Made by a program: the position numbers and the translations under genes. The notes under the pieces were generated by a model. The model was not told where the DNA came from, searched no databases, and saw nothing but the letters and a program-made list of their open reading frames with translations. From Macrostomum lignano (taxonomy: Eukaryota), in assembly GCA_002269645.1 (NCBI GenBank), contig NIVC01000073.1, forward strand, positions 744,001 through 808,000: a DNA stretch of 64,000 nt, in the 5' to 3' direction. Every line of letters begins with the position of its first letter. The stretch's first letter is position 1. Of the stretch, positions 34,891 through 46,397 are shown piece after piece.

Positions 34891-35830
34891 GGCTCCAAAA
34901 TGAGTGCCTTTTGCGCCAAAATGAGTGCCTGCGGCGCTAAAATGAGTGCCTGTGGCGCCAAAATGAGTGCCTGCGGCGCTAAAAATGAGTGCCTGTGGTG
35001 CTAAAATGAGTGCCTGCGGCGCTAAAATGAGTGCTTGCGGCGCTAAAATGAGTGCCTGCGGCTCTAAAATGAGTGCCTGCGGCGCTAAAATGAGTGCCTG
35101 CGGCGCTAAAATGAGTGCCTGTGGCGCCAAAATGAGTGCCTGCGGCGCTAAAATGAGTGCCTGTGGTGCTAAAATGAGTGCTTGCGGCGCTAAAATGAGT
35201 GCTTGCGGCGCTAAAATGAGTGCCTGCGGCGCTAAAATGAGTGCCTGCGGCGCCAAAATGAGTGCCTGCGGCGCTAAAATGAGTGCCTGTGGTGCTAAAA
35301 GGAGTGCTTGCGGCGCTAAAATGAGTGCCTGCGGCTCTAAAATGAGTGCCTGCGGCGCTAAAATGAGTGCCTGCGGCGCTAAAATGAGTGCCTGTGGCGC
35401 CAAAATGAGTGCCTGCGGCGCTAAAATGAGTGCCTGTGGTGCTAAAATGAGTGCTTGCGGCGCTAAAATGAGTGCTTGCGGCGCTAAAATGAGTGCCTGC
35501 GGCTCTAAAATGAGTGCCTGCAGCGCCAAAATGAGTGCCTGCAGCGCCAAAATGAGTGCCTGCAGCGCCAAAATGAGTGCCTGCAGCGCCAAAATGAGTG
35601 CCTGCAGCGCCAAAATGAGTGCCTGCGGCGCTAAAATGAGTGCCTATGGGGCTAAAAATAGTTCCTGCGGAGCTAAGAGGAGTGCCTGCAGCGCCAAAAT
35701 GAGTGCCTGCGGCGCTAAAATGAGTGCCTATGGGGCTAAAAATAGTTCCTGCGGAGCTAAAAGGAGTGCCTGCAGCGCCAAAATGAGTGCCTGCAGCGCC
35801 AAAATGAGTGCCTGCGGCGCTAAAATGAGC
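34891..35830. repeat. 21-bp satellite (GGCGCTAAAATGAGTGCCTGC)n, array 1
   Basis: About 44 units; source of the KMSACGA / ALILAPQ / THFSAAG ORFs. Confidence 0.95.
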
Positions 35831-36239
35831 GCTGACAACACCGATTCTCAAAACAAAAGACATGTAGGAATTTAGTCATTTCAGTCATGTACATGTTGAA
35901 TTCTTGGCTTTGTCCCCCACCATAAAATCCATGGCGACGCCCCTGCAAGCGAGTACACCAGCAACAGTGCAACTTGATTTATTAAGTGCCAGAATCGCAG
36001 AGCCATTCGGCATCCCAGATCGAAAATTGATTGAAATCCAGCATGCCAGCTGCATGCATCATCAATCAAAAGTTAAAAATCAAATAAAATGCCAGCATCT
36101 CTACCCTACGATTGTCGCTTCTGATCCACTCTGACCCCGCAGAGTTTGCAAAAGTCTGCAGACTGCAATTTTTACAGATTCTCTAAATTGACTATTTCTG
36201 GATGTCTCTAAATACCAGGAATCACAAGATTTATGAGCG

Positions 36240-36785
36240 TATAAGTATTGATAATTCAAATGAAATATAAATTACAGAAAATGTGGATCTTAGATTGTAT
36301 AGCAGCTCACATTTACAGACTAAACGTTTTTTGTTGAAAAGAATTCCAACGGAAAACATGCGATGCTTTGCATTTTTATATTAAATTTTCAATACATTTT
36401 TACACAGCACAGATATAGGGTAAAGGGTTGCTCTAAAACTCAAGGTAAATAAAGCTGACCTGGAATTAATAAGACAAAAGCATGGGATTGGCACGATCAA
36501 GGTATCATGTATGCAGCTGTAGTCATTCTAAAACTACTAAAAAAATTAAGCATATTCCAAATACGTACATCATATCATTAACCATATCATCGGATCTATG
36601 ATATCGCTATGTATGGTTAACGTTGTCACTGTTCATATCACAGATTCTATATATCCTGGATGGGTCACTCCGGCATTCGCTAATGTATTTAGCGGACGTC
36701 CCCGAGGCCCCGAAAACCCAAGGGTTAGGGCCATAAACACTAGTTGCTGCTGCAGCCACTGCAGCTTATTCAATTAATTAATACT
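36240..36785. repeat. ~550-bp segment shared with 44095-44640 (arm of the 21-bp-satellite-bearing element)
   Basis: Near-identical from tataagtattgataattc to gcagcttattcaatt in both copies. Confidence 0.85.
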
Positions 36786-36790
36786 TTAAT

Positions 36791-38750
36791 TGCTCGATAA
36801 AGAGTATTACATGTAGTCTTCTCTTTTCTTTTAATCGCTAATGCTTGAGAGCAACAGAAGCCATAGTCTATGGTCATATCATAACACCGGGGTTTTTTTA
36901 ATCATAACACCGAGTGACCCATCTAGGCAAAATAGAATTTGTAGTTAGAGTGGCTCATCTAGGCAATATAGAATTTGTGGCGGGTGTGGCTCATCTAGGC
37001 AATATAGAATGTGTGGCGGGTGTGGCTCATCTAGGCAATATAGAATCTGTGGCGGGTGTGGCTCATCTAGGCAATATAGAATCTGTGGCGGGTGTGGCTC
37101 ATCTAGGCAATATAGAATGTGTGGCGGGTGTGGCTCATCTAGGCAATATAGAATGTGTGGCGGGTGTGGCTCATCTAGGCAATATAGAATGTGTGGCGGG
37201 TGTGGCTCATCTAGGCAATATAGAATGTGTGGCGGGTGTGGCTCATCTAGGCAATATAGAATCTGTGGCGGTTGTGCCCCATCTAGGCAATATAGAATCT
37301 GTGGTGGTTTGGCTTGAATCTTGGCCATAGAGTTCTATGGCCAAGCGATTGAATTAAATCGAGAAAGCAAGTCATAAACAAGTCGATTTGTCCTACTATG
37401 GGGCGATTAACCAGATTATAGCAACGATTTGAATTTTTCACACAGACAACAACAAGACGCTTTCATTTTCGTACCGTTGATCGAGCTTTGCTATAATGAC
37501 GCCTCAAATTTCTGTACGTGAACGACAGACGTACATCGTGCATCGTCGCTGTCTTGCACCATGGACTATCGATGAAGCTGATGTGTCAGTGTTGTTAGGA
37601 CTCGTGGCTCGTGAACACCCACGAAAGCGCACGGTGTCAACCTAGGAAGGGTCCTGACGTTACGGTTAGACAAACGAAGCAAAGATTCCAGGGAACCTAG
37701 CAAACTACCGCCACCGTAACGTGGAGATCCCAGAGAGCCATTGAGTCTTAAATGTTGATCTTTTGTCAATTTTGATGCTTTCTATTTGTGATTGTGACTT
37801 GAAATATGCTTCATTAATGTCTGAAATTTAGTCTCTCTGTAAAGAAAACTCCAATTGTTACTTCACAGACCCCATTTTGGGCCATAGACAATGAAAAGCC
37901 AGTCTTGAATTTTATTTAATCGTTCCATAAAGCATGCCAAATCGACTTGTCTATGGCCTTGCTTTCTCGATTTCATTAAATCGTTAGGCCATAGAACTCT
38001 CTATGGGCCGTTCCGTTTGGCATGCCCACTGTTCCACTTAGCACGACAAAATTTATACTACTTAACAAGCATAGCTACAAAATGTCAAGTAATATCAGCT
38101 AAACCAAATATAATCGAGTATGCAAACATAAAGAGTGGCGAAATAACCATAAAGATAAAGCTTATAGAAATTGGCTTTACTTTATGGCCTTGTTGGCATT
38201 CAATCTGATAAAAGGCGATTTCAATCCTCTGAGTTACACTAAGTGGAATAGTGAGTCTTAATCCTAGGGAATTCGGTAAAAAGGTTAAATTTCCTCTTGT
38301 TTAATCCTTGATTCCCGTAGCCGAGGTGCAGGAACCGGTGCACAGCAACCGTTGTATCGTCAGTCTGATCGTAGTTCCACCCGTTGGCAACCAGCTGAGA
38401 GCAGCCCATGGCCTCCCATTTTCTCCTACCCTCCAGCTTGACATCCGGCTTTCCCTTCGAGACTGAAATGAGTTGCGTTTTTTGCTCGAGTTAAAACATT
38501 GAAAGCTTTGTACAGGTGAAGACAAAAACTACATGAAAATACGCTCGAGATAGAATGAGTCTTGATCCCAACTGCGCTAGCACTCTTTAGAGTCCCTAGA
38601 ATCTGTTACACTTGAGACTGAGGCAATTTATGCACAAAACAACATAAACCTGAGGAAGAGAAGCTCTCTTCAAAATCAGTAGAAAGATGAATGACGCGAC
38701 GCTATCAACGTTTATTTTTTTCATTTTTTGGACGCGTTTCGGCTGCATCG
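36791..38750. mobile_element. Dispersed element carrying a 36-bp VNTR, copy A
   Basis: Colinear with 57183-58497; several CCATAG..CTATGG palindromes. Superfamily unresolved. Confidence 0.7.
36919..37310. repeat. 36-bp minisatellite
   Basis: About 11 contiguous copies of CATCTAGGCAATATAGAAT(G/C)TGTGGCGGGTGTGGCT, with no spacers. Confidence 0.92.
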
Positions 38751-38939
38751 TCGTTGCTTTTCAATCATTGCTTTGCACTTTTGGTGACAATAACACGTGC
38801 GTGGGATGTTTAAACACGGCAGTTTAAACAAAAACAAAGGGTAAATTTATTTTATTGATGTTAGAAAAAAATCAAAAACTTTTCAAGAAAGAAATCGTAT
38901 GTTAATCAGTTAATACCAGGCCTACATAGGCCTACACGT

Positions 38940-40200
38940 CACTCAAAAAGAATATCGATCAGATTGCGACTGCCGCCAATGGCCACTTTCATCTTCTTTG
39001 ACGGAGCAGCCTGCACACGTAGTGCGCCGTCGGTCTGGACAGGCTCTTGATAAACATCCGCACATTCCTTCAACGTAGCCTCGCTTATTGTGGTTTGAGT
39101 TTTGACGAGCAATCTTAACAATCTCATTAGTTTCGGAAACTGTATGATTCAGCGCCTGATCCACAGCCAGAGATGCCCCATACAAACTGCGATCACGACG
39201 CCTCGATAAATAGCGCTTAACAGTTCGCTCACACTTTTGCCCAGTGATGAGCAAGATCTCCTGGATAGTCTGGCCACAGGCATCCAGGTCGCACACTCTA
39301 CTTACTTTGCAGTTTAAGAAAAGTTGGCAACTGATTAGTCTAGATGCAAATTTGTTCACAGAGAAACATTATGAATATGATGGGCAAAAGCAAAGGTCAA
39401 AATACTATTTTTGAGTGCGAGCGAGCGCGATAGTGCGAGCGTGGTAATGCCATGCCAGTAGAAACATTTCCTATGCGCTTTCGTCTATGGCATTAGTTGA
39501 CGTCGGAAGTAGTCGAAGAGGGGGAAAAGTGAGCATAGGGGTGTGGGTGTAAATAAATTTTAGTCTATGGCCCACATCGACATTAATATGCACTGTAGTT
39601 TTTGAGCCCATAAAGAATGAGACAGAAACCAAGAGAGCTGAGTAGAAAGACAGCAGATTTGATTGCTTGGATCTTTCATTTACGCAAACGAAATCGCCAT
39701 GGCTGACGCAGAGCCAACTACAGTGGCAGAAGTTCTGCCTCCTCTATTTAACTACGGAGCTATACCGAATGGTGAGACATCAGGAGTAACATCCGGCGAG
39801 TTCGACTTGATTTGCACGTCATTCTTGCCCCAGGTCATTAGACAGTCAAGATACAGCGAATCGCTATAGATTCTCCGAGAAAAGCTGCTAGAGGCTTTCG
39901 CTATCTTCTTGAGTTTATGAAGAACGTCAGTGAGAAAGCAGGCGGCCTTAGTAAGGTGTACACCAACCGCTTCATACGGTAGGTAGTTTGATCTGTGCTT
40001 TTGCCCATCATATTCATAATGTTTCTCTGTGAACACATTTGAATCTAGACAAATCAGTTGCCAACTTTTCTTAAACTGCAGCGCTATTTATCGAGGCGTC
40101 GTGATCGCAGTTTGTATAGGGCATCTCTGGCTGTGGATCAGGCGCTGAATCATACAGTTGCCGAAACTAATGTCAATCAGATTGTTAAGCTAGTTCGTCC
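38940..40200 (-). pseudogene. Fragmented, partly duplicated coding-like remnant of unknown (probably TE) origin
   Basis: Short ORFs at 38943-39359 and 39752-40036. 39340-39400 matches 40000-40070 and 39120-39225 matches 40085-40190. ERTVKRYLSRR resembles an HTH segment. Confidence 0.35.
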
Positions 40201-40398
40201 AAAATCCAACCACAATAAACGATTGTGGTAAAAAGTGATAAAAAGACGCCCAAACTGAGAATCGATCGGTTGATACGTCGTGTGCTTTATTTACAATATT
40301 CGCAACTTAGACTCAGACCCATAGACTAAGGTACACAGATACAGCATGCATTTGAGGCATGCTCGCTCGCACATGTGAAACGGCACCACAATACTCAC

Positions 40399-41902
40399 AG
40401 AACGGCCGGCACTTGCTCTCCCAGTTGACCAGCGAGGTGTCCATAAGTGGCGAGACCAGCCGCGCAGGGTACAGCAGCACGGGCTCCTTGGCCTGGCAGG
40501 AGGCGGGGCCCGCAGAGCAGTTCAGCCACATCCGGTACAGTCCGGTCAGGAAGTCCGGCCCGGTCGTCAGGCGGGCGTGCGCCAGCATCGGCATGCCGAG
40601 CATCCGGTCGATGGCCAGCTGAAAGAACGGATGGCCGGGCCTCGAGCCCATCATCGAGTTCATGGCGCAGTAGGAGTAGCCGTACAGAATGCGCGTCTGC
40701 TCGCGTCGCTCCTCGCCCAGGAAGGCCGAGGGCGCCGCAGTGGCCGAGGCGACCGCGAGGCTCTCCTGGACTGGAGGCTGCGTGAACAAGCGGCTGAACG
40801 GCTTGCGGCATTCGACGTCCATGTCCAGGTAGACGCCTGCGGCATGTGAGCGACAATGTCGGATTGCACAGGTAGAGAGTGAGCTGATCTTAGCGACCCG
40901 CCTATGATGACCCGTTTGAAGACTGCAGACTCAAAAGTTCAACAGTATCTTTGCCATAGCAACAAAGCATTGTCTTTTTCTGAGTCTGCAACATCTCGCT
41001 TCCGGGTCCTTTAGTCTCGACGAGCTCATTGCTAGTGAGCATTTATACATGTAAGATACAGCAAAACAAAGCTTACGTCACTACGTGTGTAGGATTGTGT
41101 AAATTTTGATGATTGGATTTAATTAAGGGTTAATACCTGGACAATAATGGATGGAGCTTCAATCATGTGAAATTTACACGAAAGGTGAATGGAATTTTTA
41201 CGACGTCATGAACGGCACCGCCAATTGGCTTTATCGATGCTGTGAAATTTCAATGTTGTGAGCCTACGCTGCCACAGCGACAACTTTATAGAGACACAAA
41301 CGGCTCACCGCCGAACTTGTGCAGAATCATGTACCGAACAGAGTCGGACTTCTCCAGCCTGTCTCGGTAGCTGCGGTACTTGTGAATGAATCGGGCATAG
41401 TGATCGGCGATCAGCTTCTCGCTGTGCGAGTCGCTCCAAAACAGCACCTGCCAGTCCGGGTTCTGGTCAAGGCAGCTCTTGATGAACGGCTTGTAGGAGT
41501 CAAACACCTGTTCGCTCTTGAACACGTAGTGAAGTATCTTCGGGATGCCAGAAATTCCTGTGTAGTTGATGAATGAACTGACCGGCGTGACTGGATTAGT
41601 AGTCACTGGATCAGCTTGATGCCCGGTGCTCTTGAACATGTCGTAAAGTATCTTCGACGGGACGGAAGCTTTGGTTAGCTGCGCAATCTGCTTAGTCCAG
41701 TTTTGAGAATTCATAAATTTTAGTCCAACTATCACAATCAGCAGTAGTTTCTGCAATTAGTCGTGATTTTTTCTATAGAAACTCTTGATGCAGAAATCTA
41801 ACCAGCGAAAAACGTGGATGAAAACAAGCTTACCAAACAGACAAGACAAGTCAGGAGAAGCTTGTGCTTTTGCAAATTAAATCTTAAAGCTGTTGTATGC
41901 AT
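40399..41902 (-). CDS. GT32 / DXD-motif glycosyltransferase (Gly_transf_sug; SUR1/OCH1/A4GALT-like), paralogue 1; C-terminal end unresolved
   Basis: Exons 41902-41834, 41750-41309 and 40836-40399 (GT-AG, phases 0/1/1). Type II TM LLLTCLVCL|KLLLIVIVGL; motifs IPKILHY, NPDW..LFWSD, RYMILHKFG|GVYLDMDV, NSMMGSRPGHPFF and TTGPDFLT. Either a further exon or read-through to the stop at 40313. Confidence 0.85.
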
Positions 41903-42414
41903 CTCAAGTAGCTATAAGTGATTCTGTTAACGAATTCGAGCCAGTCTGCTTGCTAGGAGCAGGTCTACGAGTATCTCAAGCAGTTTCTTTTTAGCTCGTA
42001 TGCCTCCCACTGTCGCACAACCTTCACTGCAAGCGTCCAGCTCCAGAGCTTTTCAGGGCTTTATAATTATACTTCGTCTCAGGGGCGGGTCTCATGAATG
42101 TACATTCCTAATGCACAGTCCCTGCTCTGCTGTTTTCGAGCATTGTCCACAGCATTTATGCATCGCTTCATCAAGAACATAATTTCCACTGTACTCGTAG
42201 AATTCGGCACTAAATTTGAAACTCTACTTTAGAAGCCTCGCTTCGCAGTTATAGTTTGGACGTGTAGCCTGAATTTTGGGATGCTTCAACAATGGAGCAG
42301 TTTGCAACGGGCCTTGCATGTACCGACGTGTTGCGATGTTACACGGAGGATCTAGCTGAGTTTTTAGTCATCAATCCGTACGTACAAGTGGAAGACAATT
42401 ACACATGAGCAGTT

Positions 42415-42826
42415 TGCCGCAAGCCGTTCAGTCGATTGTTCACGCAGCCTCCAGTCCAGGAGAGCCTCGCGGTCGCCTCGGCCACTGCGGCGCCCTCGGC
42501 CTTCCTGGGCGAGGAGCGACGCGAGCAGACGCGCATTCTGTACGGCTACTCCTACTGCGCCATGAACTCGGTGATGGGCTCGAGGCCCAGCCATCCGTTC
42601 TTTCAGCTGGCCATCGACCGGATGCTCGGCATGCCGATGCTGGCGCACGCCCGCCTGACGACCGGGCCGGACTTCCTGACCGGACTGTACCGGATGTGGC
42701 TGAACTGCTCTGCGGGCCCCGCCTTCTGCCAGGCCAAAGAGCCCATGCTGCTGTACCCTGCGCGGCTGGTCTCGCCACTGATGGACACCTCGCTGGTCAA
42801 CTGGGAAAGCAAGTGCCGGCCGTTTC
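42415..42826 (+). pseudogene. Inverted orphan copy of glycosyltransferase exon 3, lacking the DXD motif
   Basis: Near-identical to 40399-40815 and 61561-61977. Homology starts at CRKPF, just after DMDVE, and ends at the conserved GTGAGT donor. Confidence 0.8.
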
Positions 42827-43244
42827 GTGAGTTATTTATAGCTGTGCCATTGTAAAGAACTTTTATCCAGACACAATGCGAGTCAAAACGGCCATTATTG
42901 CACAATTCAGCGACTCCACCGGCAGATTTTTCCAATTGGTAACAGCAGGCATATTACTGTGATTTTATAAAACTAATTTCGTGAGTATTTTGGTGCCGTT
43001 TCACATGTTCGAGCGAGCGCGACTTAAGTATAGTAGCTATAATGTACTTTTTGACTAAGATGTGCTTTGCCACTCGTGAAAACAAGACATTTTCTACCTC
43101 ACAAAACCATAGACGCAATCTCTTATTGTCGATGACAAAACCATATGCCACCTGAGCCAGCGTCTGTTTAATAATAGTACATTAACGGCGCCCTCTGATT
43201 TTCCCATTAACGCCCTTTAAGCATGGGTATTACTATTATTGTGC

Positions 43245-43369
43245 CATAGACATTTGTGTCCTTGACAAAGTGGAACAAAATTAGCGGGCAGTTAATGACA
43301 TTAACTGCCCGCTAATTTGCATTAAAGTAAGTTTGACTCCTGCAAGCGGGCTTAAATGTAGTCTATGGC
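43245..43369. mobile_element. 125-bp MITE with GCCATAGAC...GTCTATGGC ends and an internal perfect palindrome
   Basis: 9-bp TIRs; 20-bp perfect stem with a 1-nt loop at 43278-43318. Confidence 0.65.
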
Positions 43370-43379
43370 ATTAAAAGGC

Positions 43380-44640
43380 AAGAATAAGTGCCCAGCGGGC
43401 ACAAAGGTCATGGTACAATAATAATGAGTGCTAAAATGAGTACCTGCGGCGCTAAAATGAGTGCCTGCGGCGTTAAAATGAGTGCCTGTGGCTCCAAAAT
43501 GAGAGCCTGCGGCACTAAAATGAGTGCCTGCGGAGCTAAAATGAGTGCCTGTGGCGCTAAAATGAGTGCCTGTGGCGCTAAAATGAGTGCCTGCGGCGCT
43601 AAAATGAGTGCCTGTGGCGCTAAAATAAGTGCCTGTGGCGCTAAAATGAGTACCTGTGGCTCCAAAATGAGAGCCTGCGGCACTAAAATGAGTGCTTGCG
43701 GAGCTAAAATGAGTGCCTGTGGCGCTAAAATGAGTGCCTGTGGCGCTAAAATGAGTGCCTGCGGCGCTAAAATGAGTGCCTGTGGCGCTAAAATAAGTGC
43801 CTGTGGCGCTAAAATGAGTACCTGTGGCTCCAAAATGAGAGCCTGCGGCACTAAAATGAGTGCTTGCGGAGCTAAAATGAGTGCCTGTGGCGCTAAAATG
43901 AGTGCCTGTGGCGCTAAAATGAGTGCCTGCGGCGCTAAAATGAGTGCCTGTGGCGCTAAAATGAGTGCCTGTGGCGCTAAAATGAGTGCCTGTTGTGCTA
44001 AAATGAGTGCCTGTGGCTCCAAAATGAGTGCCTGCAGAGCTAAAATGAGTGCCTGTGGCGCTAAAATGAGTGCCTGTGGCTCCAAAATGAGTGAATTGTA
44101 TAAGTATTGATAATTCAAATAAAATGTAAATTACAGAAAATGTGGATCTTAGATTGTATAGCAGCTCACGTTTACAGACTACCGGTAAACGTTTTTTGTT
44201 GAAAAGAATTCCAACGGTAAACATGCGATGCTTTGCATTTTTATATTAAATTTTCAATACATTTTTACACAGCACAGATATAGGGTAAAGGGTTGCTCTA
44301 AAATTCAAAGTAAATAAAGCTGACGTGGAATTAATAAGACAAAAGCATGGGATTGGCACGATCGAGGTATCATGTATGCAGCTGTGGTCATTCTAAAACT
44401 ACTAAAAATTAAGCATATTCCAAATACGTACATCATATCATTAACCATATCATCGGATCTATGATATCGCTATGTATGGTTAACGTTGTCACTGTTCATA
44501 TCACAGATTCTATATATCCTGGATGGGTCACTCCGGCATTCGCTAATGTATTTAGCGGACGTCCCCGAGGCCCCGAAAACCCAAGGGTTAGGGCCATAAA
44601 CACTAGCTGCTGCTGCAGCCACAGCAGCTTATTCAATTAG
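43380..44640. mobile_element. Satellite-bearing non-autonomous element, Helentron/HINE-like
   Basis: GAATAAG plus hairpin GTGCCC-AGC-GGGCAC at the left end; hairpin GCTGCTG..CAGCAGC plus CTTATTC at the right end. Contains the 21-bp satellite and the shared 550-bp arm. Confidence 0.45.
43425..44095. repeat. 21-bp satellite, array 2
   Basis: About 32 units of the same consensus as 34891-35830. Confidence 0.95.
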
Positions 44641-44646
44641 GTAATA

Positions 44647-44749
44647 CTAGCAATTAGACCCGCTTTGCGGGACATAAAAATTTAAAATTTTTTAAAATGG
44701 ATTATTTACATACATACAAACAGAAACTTTTCAGATTTAGTTATATAGA
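44647..44749 (-). mobile_element. 103-bp minimal Helitron
   Basis: Minus strand: TCTATATAACTAAATC... (GTAT) microsatellite ...CCCGC-AAA-GCGGG-8 nt-CTAG|T. Confidence 0.7.
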
Positions 44750-44809
44750 GTACCAGGCTGACCTGCTTTGCGTATCCCAAACATTTTTTCGAGCAAGCAC
44801 TTTTCTTTT

Positions 44810-45850
44810 CAGCTTACAACAGCACCCATTATACAGTTTACAATAGCACCTGTTAGACAGTTTACAACAGCACCCATTAGACAGTTTACAATAGCACCCG
44901 TTAGACAGTTTACAACAGCACCCATTAGACAGTTTACAATAGCACCCGTTAGACAGTTTACAATAGCACCCGTTAAACAGTTTACAACAGCACCCGTTAA
45001 ACAGTTTACAACAGCACCCGTTAGACAGTTTACAACAGCACCCGTTAGACAGTTTACAACAGCACCCGTTAAACAGTTTACAACAGCACCCGTTAGACAG
45101 TTACAATAGCACCCGTTAAACAGTTTACAACAGCACCCGTTAGACAGTTACAACAGCACCCGTTAAACAGTTTACAACAGCACCCGTTAAACAGTTTACA
45201 ACAGCACCCGTTAGACAGTTTACAACAGCATTCGTTAGACAGTTACAACAGCACCTATTAGACAGTTTACAACAGCATCCGTTAGACAGTTACAACAGCA
45301 CCAATTAGACAGTTACAACAGCATCCGTTAGACAGTTACAACAGCACCTATTAGACAGTTTACAACAGCATCCGTTAGACAGTTACAACAGCACCAATTA
45401 GACAGTTACAACAGCATCCGTTAGACAGTTACAACAGCACCTATTAGACAGTTACAACAGCATCCGTTAGACAGTTACAACAGCACCTATTAGACAGTTT
45501 ACAACAGCATCCGTTAGACAGTTACAACAGCACCAATTAGACAGTTACAACAGCATCCGTTAGACAGTTACAACAGCACCTATTAGACAGTTTACAACAG
45601 CATCCGTTAGACAGTTACAACAGCACCAATTAGACAGTTACAACAGCATCCGTTAGACAGTTACAACAGCACCTATTAGACAGTTACAACAGCATCCGTT
45701 ATACAGTTACAACAGCACCTATTAGACAGTTTACAACAGCATCCGTTAGACAGTTACAACAGCACCAATTAGACAGTTACAACAGCATCCGTTAGACAGT
45801 TACAACAGCACCAATTAGACAGTTTACAACAGCACCCATTAGACTGTTAT
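44810..45850. repeat. 23-24-bp minisatellite (ACAGTTTACAACAGCACCCGTTAG)n
   Basis: About 44 units; the right half alternates CATCCG / CACCTA / CACCAA variants. Confidence 0.93.
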
Positions 45851-45869
45851 ATATCGCAGCAATTCCATC

Positions 45870-46397
45870 AATGATTATCCACCAATAGTGAGCCTTGATA
45901 TCCCAGCAATTCCCCCCGGTGAGCCTTGATATCTCAGCAATTTCGCCCAGTGAGAATGGATATCTCTTTACATTACATCTTTACTTTACATCTCTGGAAT
46001 TTCCCCACTAAGCCTTCAGACAATTGCAGTTCCGGTTTCAAACAATTCAAGTTGAAGATGAGGATATTATTTATTATTGTAAAATATAATAAGCTTCAAG
46101 TATAGCTATGTATAGCTCACAGCATCAACTCAAGAATTGAAGTTTAGTCTATGGCTGTAGACATATTGAGCTCTCACTGCAAGAAAAATACACTAATTAG
46201 ATAGGGAAAGTACAGTTTTTCTAATATTTGAGCCCTTTAAAATGAAGCAATCTCTTAGCCAAGAGAACTGTACCGATTCGCAAGAATTTCTGATCGAATG
46301 GTGCAAGTTTGAAAAAATCGGTTGGATAAATTCTTTTAAAATGGATTATGTGCATATATACATACATATATAGAAACTTTTCAGATTTAGTTATATA
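45870..46397 (-). mobile_element. Helitron 5' portion (same 5' end family as the 103-bp element); 3' end not found
   Basis: Minus strand starts TATATAACTAAATCTGAAAAG at 46397. The body is homologous to the 5' parts of the neighbouring units and includes degenerate 30-bp satellite units. Confidence 0.6.

Noticed and set aside
34885-35875. 240-300-aa ORFs in several frames (also 43352-44224)
   Set aside because: They are translations of the 21-bp satellite, which lacks stop codons in those frames; there is no independent coding evidence.
36914-37330. 36-bp repeat array resembling a CRISPR repeat length
   Set aside because: Units are contiguous with no unique spacers, there are no cas genes, and the context is eukaryotic. 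It is a VNTR.
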